NCBI RefSeq assembly: GCF_009914755.1
Contig: NC_060932.1
Reading direction: 5' to 3' (one strand)
Length of the DNA stretch: 64,000 nucleotides
Source of the DNA: the human T2T-CHM13v2.0 reference genome, Homo sapiens
A model generated the notes under the pieces. The model searched no databases. It saw only the letters and a list, made by a program, of their open reading frames with translations, and had not been told where the DNA came from. Within the stretch, counting starts at the first letter, position 1; the number at the start of each line of letters is the position of its first letter. Shown piece by piece: positions 56,108 to 64,000 of the stretch. Made by a program: the position numbers and the translations under genes.

Positions 56108-57699
56108 GTATGTATGTAACACACTCTAAATAAAATCATACAGTACTTTAAGCAAGCAGAAACATTTCAGCCTAGAATGATAGAGTGCCACCAGAGTTTG
56201 TTATTTAAGATGAATTCTTGCAGGGCCCATTTTCAGAAACCCAGGGACCTGTTTCTGACAAGTCTATCCCCTTCTGCCTACAAAATGCCACCCACGTTCC
56301 ATTATTCTGACATACGTGGTAAAGCCTGAAATAAACAGAAACTGCTGAATTGATGAGTTAACAAAACACACATGAGCCCCAGGAAATTAACAGGACGATG
56401 GTCCCAGGCTAGCATGAGGCACAATAGCGTTCTGCTCCATGTGATTTTCTGGCATGCTTATTAGACTCCTGGGAAGGGAAATGCCTCTACCTGGAGATTT
56501 AGATGTTAGAATTGACACTCCCAAGCTAGAGCGTTCTATCTGAAATAAAAGCAGTCTTTGTGTGGAGAGAATAAAACTACAAGCTTTGTACACTTGTAAA
56601 CCACCACTGGCTCACAAATTATTCCTATTTTACTCTCAGATTGAGAAAAAGACATTTGAATCTGATATATTTTAGTCTGTAAAAAAAAAAAAAAATCAAA
56701 AGAACAGAGTTCTGTCAGCCTAATCTCATTACACATGTAGCCATTACAGTCAAAATGAGTTTCCTCTGAATAAGTTTGGTTGTGTTTCAAAACCAATTCT
56801 CAGAGGAAAAGAGTCATTACACTCAAGTAGTATGTTACTAAATGGAGCTTCTATTATGCTGGGGTATTCACATTCACGTTTGCTGAAGCCATAGGGTGAC
56901 GAGATGAATAATCCAGGTTTTGTTCAATACGAAATTGAACTGAGTGAAAGAGAAAGAGACAGAACATTTAAAATGCATAATGTCAATACTTTGTTAAAGG
57001 TTTTGTTTAATAAGGAGAAATCAATAGCCATGGAAACATATGTTCACAGTACCTCCCTCTTGCTTCCATCTCATGTCCTACGAGTTCCTTTATCGTATGC
57101 ATTACAGTCAGAATCATCTGCCAGTTGACCACCTACCTCACTTTCATCGCCTTCTTTGCTCCTGCATGTAAAACTGGGTTCTGTCAGAATAAAAGCTTCT
57201 CCACGGCAGGGACTCAGCCTGGATTTTACTGTATCTCCAGGGATAAGTGTCTTGGACACACAGGAGTTCTTCAATAAACATTAATCAGATACTGTTTTCT
57301 GGAGGCTGCTTGTGTCTCCTTGAGAACTAAATAGCATAAAAGATGAAGCCCTCTGTGTATGTATTAATAGATGGGGACAGTAATAGCTAGATGTGTAATA
57401 AGAGGAGGCTGATAGAACTCTGGATTCTAAAGCAAATGTCCAGAAAGAACCCTCATAGCAAGGCAATGTGGCAGAAAAGTCGACTGGCTTACGGTGAAAA
57501 AGGACGTTGATTTACTAGGCATTCACTCTTCATGTACCAGTTTTCCTCAAAAGTCCATTAATGTGAATTTTCTTTGTTGTTTTTAGAATCAATGTGATCT
57601 TGAGGATTTAAACGTATTTGATATGTTTCAATCCATTGCTGTTACTCTTCTTGATGCTCAGTTGTCTCTTCCTTGGCTAAGGAAAGGCTTTTTACATTT

Positions 57700-58011
57700 T
57701 TAAATTACTTATTATTTATTTATTTATTTTGGAGACAGAGTCTTACTCTGTCACCCAGGCTATAGTGCAGTGGCACAATCACGGCTAACTGCAACCTCAA
57801 TCTCCTGGGCTCAAGTGATCCTCCCACTTCAGCCTCCCCAGTAGCTGGGATTACAAATGTACCACCATGCCCAGCTAACTTTTTGTGTTTCTTATAGAAA
57901 TGGGGTTTTGCCATGTTGCCCAGCTGGTCTTAAACTCCTGGGCTCAAGCAATCCACCTTCCTTGACTTCCCCAAATGCTGAGATTACGGGTGTGAGCCAC
58001 CATGCTCAGCC
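57700..58011 (-). mobile_element. AluJ
   Basis: Full dimer; TSD AGGAAAG(G/C)CTTTTTA at ~57680-57694 and 58012-58026. Confidence 0.93.
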
Positions 58012-58275
58012 AGGAAAGCCTTTTTAAGTTGGTACTTTGGTCGTTTTGACAAGACACTAGATAGCATTTTTGCTTTTTAGTTATGATGAGATGCAGCAGT
58101 CTCATTTTGTTCATTGTATGCCCTAGAACTAGAATCAGCTTATTTCTCTAAGGAGCATTAGTTCTTTTCAGAAAAAAAAGAAAAATATATTTGGAGGCCA
58201 CAATTTATGCACTAGGGACACTCATTGCTCCTGTGTTGGCCATAGTTCCTAGGCTTTTTCAGTGAGCAGACTAGG

Positions 58276-58277
<2 letters not shown>

Positions 58278-58315
<38 letters not shown>
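58278..58315. repeat. (GT)19 microsatellite
   Basis: Read directly. Confidence 0.95.
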
Positions 58316-58319
<4 letters not shown>

Positions 58320-59534
58320 CATTAGGTAACATTGATACCTCCAATTCAAATTCAGGGATTTAGGGATTTTACTTAATTCCATCAGACTTGCATCTGTACC
58401 TCCTTTATCACGCTACAAAAATCTTGGTTCTCAATGATGCCAATAAAAAAATTCATTTTTTCTTTGTTTTATAATATACTCAAAACAGTCTCAGAATAAT
58501 AGTAACAAGAATATAATTACTGTAAAGATTAATATTTAAATTTCTTCTTTTAGATATACCATAGACATGATGTAAGTTAAGTACTTGTGTAACAAATTCA
58601 CTTGCAAAACTGCCTCTTTGTGTGGTTATGCTACCAACTTGTTACACAGTTTGGTTCACTTGTTTTATGTTATTTTTAATTTTTAGGGATTTAAAAAATG
58701 TATCAATTTAATTTGTTTTATAATTATGCGAAATATATACATGGTTATAAAGTCAAATCTACATAATCAAATTATATTCTTTTTCTCAATAAATGAGAGT
58801 ATTGTATACACACATTTTGCTACTTTTTCTAAACTTAAAATACTCTATGTTCGTCACCCAGTAACAGTTTATAGAGATACTTCTTACTCCTTTTAACAAC
58901 TTCATAGAACTTCAATGTATGTATGTGTAGCATAGGTTGCTCAAGCAATCTCTCAGTGATGGATACTTAGATAGTGTCTAGTTTTTTTTCTCCCTATTAC
59001 AAAAAGTGCTGTAATCAGTAGCCTTGTGTATATTTATTTTTGTATGTTTGCCTGTGTACCTTTAAGATAAGTTTTTGAAAATATTACTAGGTCAAAGGAT
59101 AAATGCTTATGAAATTTTCTTAGATATTGCTGAATTTTCCTCTGTAGGGGGTTCTGACATTTTGTCTTCCTATCAACATTATATGAAGATGTCTATTCCC
59201 CACACCCTTGTCAATAGAGTATGTTGTCAAAACATTTAAATATTTGCCAATATGTTAAATGAGAAATATTGTATCTAACTATAATTCCCGTTTCTTTCAT
59301 TGTATGCAAGTTTGAGCATCTTTTCATGTGGTTAAGGCACAATTGCATTTCTTTTCTGTGAACACGTATCTCAAGTCAATTTTTCTATAGGATGATTATT
59401 TTCTTATTCTCTTCCTGGATTAAATATGAAATGGAAGGAGAGGAAGTGTTGCAAACCTCAGTTACTTAAGCGAAAAACCTGAGATATTTCTGCCCATGAT
59501 TCTTAATCTGTAGTGCTGAGAAGATAAACTCAGC

Positions 59535-59955
59535 CAGAATTTGGTCAGGAACATAGACAAAACTCTAGGTATTCCAAATTGAAAGAACTAATACAAAGAA
59601 TTGAAGGCTTATATAATTCAGAAGGCTTGAAGAGTGAAGGTCAGGAGAGACATTTGCAGTGGCCAACCTTCCCAAAATCTCACCTGGCAGGGGCTAAGTT
59701 CAAGAACCTCTGGGAAGCTTCTCCTGTCAATCAGCCAATCTCAGCTTGTTGCCCCAACACAGTGATTCTCACAAAGCCTGCCTGGAAGTCACTCTGAACC
59801 TCAAGGCTGCCCCTGTGCTGCCTGAAAGGCTCTAGAGAATCATCACTTCTTCTGTTCTTCCACCGTCTAATCTTCCATAAGTGCCTATCAGTGGCACAAT
59901 CTAAACTAGAAACTATGGGGAGCAGGGAATTCTGGGAAATGTAATTTTCAGGTCT
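59535..59955 (-). mobile_element. Old ERVL LTR (LTR33/LTR41-like)
   Basis: 'ctctaggtattccaaa..taatacaaagaattg' and 'tctaaactagaaac..agggaattctgggaaatgtaattttcag'. Confidence 0.45.
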
Positions 59956-60384
59956 CTTCAATGAGATAGCAGTGGAGGCAGCTTCAAAACAGCTCTTACT
60001 TGGCCTTTTGGGAGCACATTTCCCCCCTTTCATTTGAATTCTTTTTGGTTTTCTTTCTATACTTTTTGAATAAGAAAAAAAGATTTGAGAATCCAGTTAA
60101 TAGTAATAAAAACAATAGCCTTTATAGAGCACCAGCACTGTGTTGAAATCTTTACATGTGGTGATTGAGGAAGGAGGAGGAGGGCAGGCTCTCATTTTCA
60201 CAGTGTTTTCTATGTGAGTTCCAGCAATTAGAAGGCTAAGAAAAAAATACTTTAATAGACCAATGTTCATTAATCGGCTGATATGCAATTAAACTACGCT
60301 AAAAAAGCCTTCCTCATTTTTCCTAGCCTTTTTTCTTGACCGTAACTTGAATATTTTTGTTAGTTGATCTCCTGCAAATTTTAG

Positions 60385-61190
60385 CAATAAAATACCCATG
60401 ATACTTTTGAAAAAGGACAAGAGTGACCATTTTATAGTTCCTAAAAGGTACCAGACTGACACAAATGTACTGAGAAAATATCTGGAGTAAAAAAATATAC
60501 AAGATTGGACTGGAAAGGTCTTTTTACATCAGAAACTAAGGAAATAATAGAAACTTTTGGGGTGGCATCAAAAGGACCCAGGAGACAATTTAACAATGGT
60601 GTCATTGGCCAAAGATTGAATAATTTGAACATTAATAATAACAACTCCAGTGGATTGAAATATGTTTAAATCCCTGAGTTCAGAGTGACACAAGGGGAAA
60701 AAGCTGTAATAGTTATCTTTGGAGGATGCTAGGGAACAAACTTATTCATCTGTAAATTAACAAATAAAAGAAAAAAATGAGCATTTAACGTACCTTTTCT
60801 ATATGAACTGTATCTCAGGGTAATCAAATAGTTCATGAGGAGAAATGTGTTTTTATAGAAATGTTGCACCAAATAAATGAAGACGGAATGATAGAATATC
60901 ACCACTTGTCAAAATGCTAGTTTATTAATGGATCTTAACAATGATCATCAATAGTTGCAACATCACAAAAAGAGAGACAACTCAAAATTATTTCCCTACT
61001 GACAGAAGCACATAGCATCACTTGTAACTATTCTTACAAACAAAAACAAAAACAAAAACATATTCAAGCTCTAAGTACTTTTTTACATGGAACAGAGGAA
61101 AATGTTAAATGACACCGCAGTGATACAATCATCAAAATTCAACAGTGGGAAATTCTAACCACAAGGAACAAAAAAAAGAATGGAAACCTA
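60385..61190 (+). mobile_element. L1MC-type 3'UTR fragment, sense
   Basis: 'cagtggattgaaatatgtttaaatcc', 'gaactgtatctcagggtaatcaaatagt', 'gaatgatagaatatcacca'. Confidence 0.65.
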
Positions 61191-64000
61191 TAGTTTCCTT
61201 GGTTAGTGGATTTTTGGAAAAATTCATTCACACGTAGCCAATAAACACATTAATATCTTGGATGGATTAGGAGACATAAAATGTGGGAGAGCTTAGCTGA
61301 CTAAATTGCACAAGCTGTGGAACATTTCCTTGTAGTTCCACTGGGCATAAAGTCTCTTAAAATATCCTTCAGAATACAATGGCACATGTAGTGATGTTGG
61401 CTTACTGTCACTTCATTGCACTGCAAATAAAATTAAGTAATTGGTTTATGATATTTATTATGGCTCCAAAATACCCTCAAACTGAAAATATCTCACATTT
61501 CCCTTACATGTGCTGTTTGGAGTAAGTAGTGGTAGATTTTCATTTCTTGATAAAATATATGGGGCACCTTTCCAAAGTTGCTCTCTACCAAAGCTCATTA
61601 TTTTTAACGAATGGTGAAAAGAATCAGACCCCTAAATCAGAAAGAAGTGGAATAAAAATACAAGTAAAGACAGTATAGTTGCTGCTTCATAAAATAAAAT
61701 ATTTTTCATTTTTTAATAATTTAGTTCCCAATGTTTATAGTAAATGCTTCAGTATATGTAAACTGCCATAAGGTGAATACCAAGGAATGAAGAAGCTTTT
61801 GCAATATGAGCTTATTGTACTCCTCCCTAGTTTCTTGTTTTGTTTAGAAGCCAGTAGAACCTCTAGACTTTTGGGAGGATTTGGAATTTACTGATTAGTG
61901 AGATGCCACTGAGGAATATTAAAAATGATCTTAGACTTACACTTCCTTTGAAACATCTTTCTGACACTAAACATCAACTAAAAATCTAAGATTGAGTTGT
62001 TTCAACTAAACACATTTAGAACTAGGAAATAGACTGCAACTACTGAATATATTTCAACATGTCATTAGGGAGAGCTCACTAGAAGAGAAGGGAAAGCAAG
62101 TTGGTGAGGAAGGGGATCTCGTGTCTTTAAAGGAATTAAAAATATGAGACTCCACAGTTTCATATGTGACTCTGTGGATGACCTTACGTGGATGAAGGTT
62201 GACAGAAGATCAATTTCCCACAGGCTTTGAATTCTATCCACATGTCTTTATTAGAGTCTATGATATTGAAAAGAAAGCCATTCAAAGGGGTGAGGCCATA
62301 GGGATAGCAACATTGTGCTGCCCAGTTGGGTGCATGCCTATGGGGCTGCATCTGCCCAGCGGGGGCACCATTTTCTAATTCTTGAATAAGCTGGCACCAG
62401 CCATGCTTTAGGCTGGGGAAGGGTGAACACTGAGGTGAGGGTGAGGTATTTTCCTGTGACTGAACAGTTAATTTGGCTTTCAGCTTGGAAAGGGAGGACA
62501 AAAGAAGAAAGAAAGCTTCTCCAGGTAGTTCTGAAAATGAACAATCTCATATATGTACAAAGAGTTCACAAACTTGATCAACCTCAATTCAGTTTAATTT
62601 TTTGCTTCAATCACCACCTTCAAATATTCTCTGTAAAATTTTCTTTGTTCTTTAGTGATTTTGAGTGCATTTCATTGCTTTGTGGTCACTTTCAATTTTC
62701 ATGAAGTCCTCTTTAATGCATACAACTCATATCCTACTTGATGTTTGTTTCCTCTTCTATCCTCCTCCCACTAGGCTGGAGGGCCCTGCAGTGGGCAGGG
62801 ACAGTGGCCTCTTATTTTGAATCATTCTTTTACTTTTCTGGTTCTTGTGTTGCATTAGGGAGGCGGATACAGATGGGACATGGCTGTCTTATTTATCTGG
62901 CCATAGATATAATCCTTCCATTATTTCCTCTTCTTTGGGTAACACTGACAGCAACTTGATACACTCTCTGGAACTGACGCTGATCTGCCGGCTCTACAGG
63001 GCACAGGGATGGGCTCTTCAGGGGGCTGTGAGTGGGAGAAGGGTGTTTCTCACTGCACAGTTGCCTGTATAGGAATTCTGCTATAGCCCTGCTGTTTGCC
63101 AACTCCTTTCCAGCTCTTGACCCCAGCAGTAAACCCCACAGACTCCTGGTGCTGGAGCAACTCCCAAGCAGCCAGTCTTCTCAAGTGGGATTCCAGTAAG
63201 ATAGTTCCAGCATGGGTCTGAGGGCAGGCTGTTCATATTCCTTTCCTTTGACTTTCTTGTTGTCTTCCTTTATTCCCCCAACCCCACCCCCCTTCTGAAA
63301 AGGGAAGACCAGCCAGTCTGTTGATCTAAATAACTATTAAAAGTGATGTCTGTATAATGGTAAATGAGATGATGTTCTTTTCTTCTTGAAGGTCCGTCAA
63401 TGTTTGTAGACGATTCACTTCAACTTTCTTTCATTTTCCTTTGGAGAGGTATAAGCACTTCCTGTACTCCACATTTTGTTCAAAGATGGGTGGCAAATGG
63501 CCAGCACTCTCCTTTAAAGTCGACAACTAGTGATTCTAACAATTGTATCTTTTTTCCTCTCCTCAATTTCTAGTCTTCTGTTTATATAGACTGAGGTCTG
63601 AAGGAGCTGTGGTTAAGAAGAGGTTGCAAAGTACCAGACCTGGCAGAAACTTCTGGTTCCAATTACTTGAAACCCCCTTTACAATGTGGGTTCTTTGACA
63701 CCTCTTATGGATCGACAATTAAAACCTCACTCAGTATACTATTGTGTTAACTTATTTTACGTTGCATATATTATGATTTCTTCTCTCCTTCAATACTGAC
63801 TTTGATGAAAATTTTAACCTGATTACATTGGCCTAAGAGCATTGGCAGGGAAAGCAGATAATTTTGTCTGTGCAGACATGGCTAATCCTGTTAAGCCTGG
63901 GTATAGAGCCAGATTTTTATATAGATGAGCTGGTTTATATGTGGGGGGTGGGTTGGGCAGGGGTCATCTTGTTGAAAAGGAGAGGGTATTGAATTCTCAT

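Larger units (their letters stand above)
57545..59400 (-). mobile_element. L1MC-type 3' region, antisense, split by an AluJ and (TG)n
   Basis: 'cattgatacctccaattcaaattc', 'aaatatatacatggttataaagtcaaatctaca', 'aatgagaaatattgtatct'. Confidence 0.7.

Noticed and set aside
57590-60690. Inverted similarity between ~57600-57700 and ~60590-60680, and direct similarity of 19100-19500 with 58100-58500
   Set aside because: Explained by independent, highly diverged copies of the same L1MC 3'UTR.

Overview
AT-rich, repeat-dense primate (very likely human) non-coding DNA, either intergenic or deep intronic. I can support no cellular protein-coding exon, RNA gene or CpG island. The dominant feature is a complete two-LTR HERV-H provirus on the + strand (4143-9864, 5722 bp). 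It has a perfect CATAT target-site duplication, LTR7-type LTRs, a tRNA-His primer-binding site, strong leader splice donors and a 21/42-bp leader repeat array. Its gag-pro-pol is decayed, with heavy G-to-A damage and deletions, and env is largely missing. The LTRs resemble the pluripotent-stem-cell-active LTR7 type, so the best candidate for a functional system is an LTR7-driven chimeric lncRNA/enhancer locus. That is inference from family knowledge; the sequence does not show it. The rest is a mosaic of solo LTRs (MER11C with 6-bp TSD, THE1, LTR9, MLT1s), Alus, old L1M/L2/MIR fragments, hAT and Tc-mariner MITEs, and microsatellites. One small non-TE oddity is a 77-bp local duplication that appears pasted into an L2. 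Repeat subfamily names come from memory of consensus sequences and need a RepeatMasker/Dfam check.
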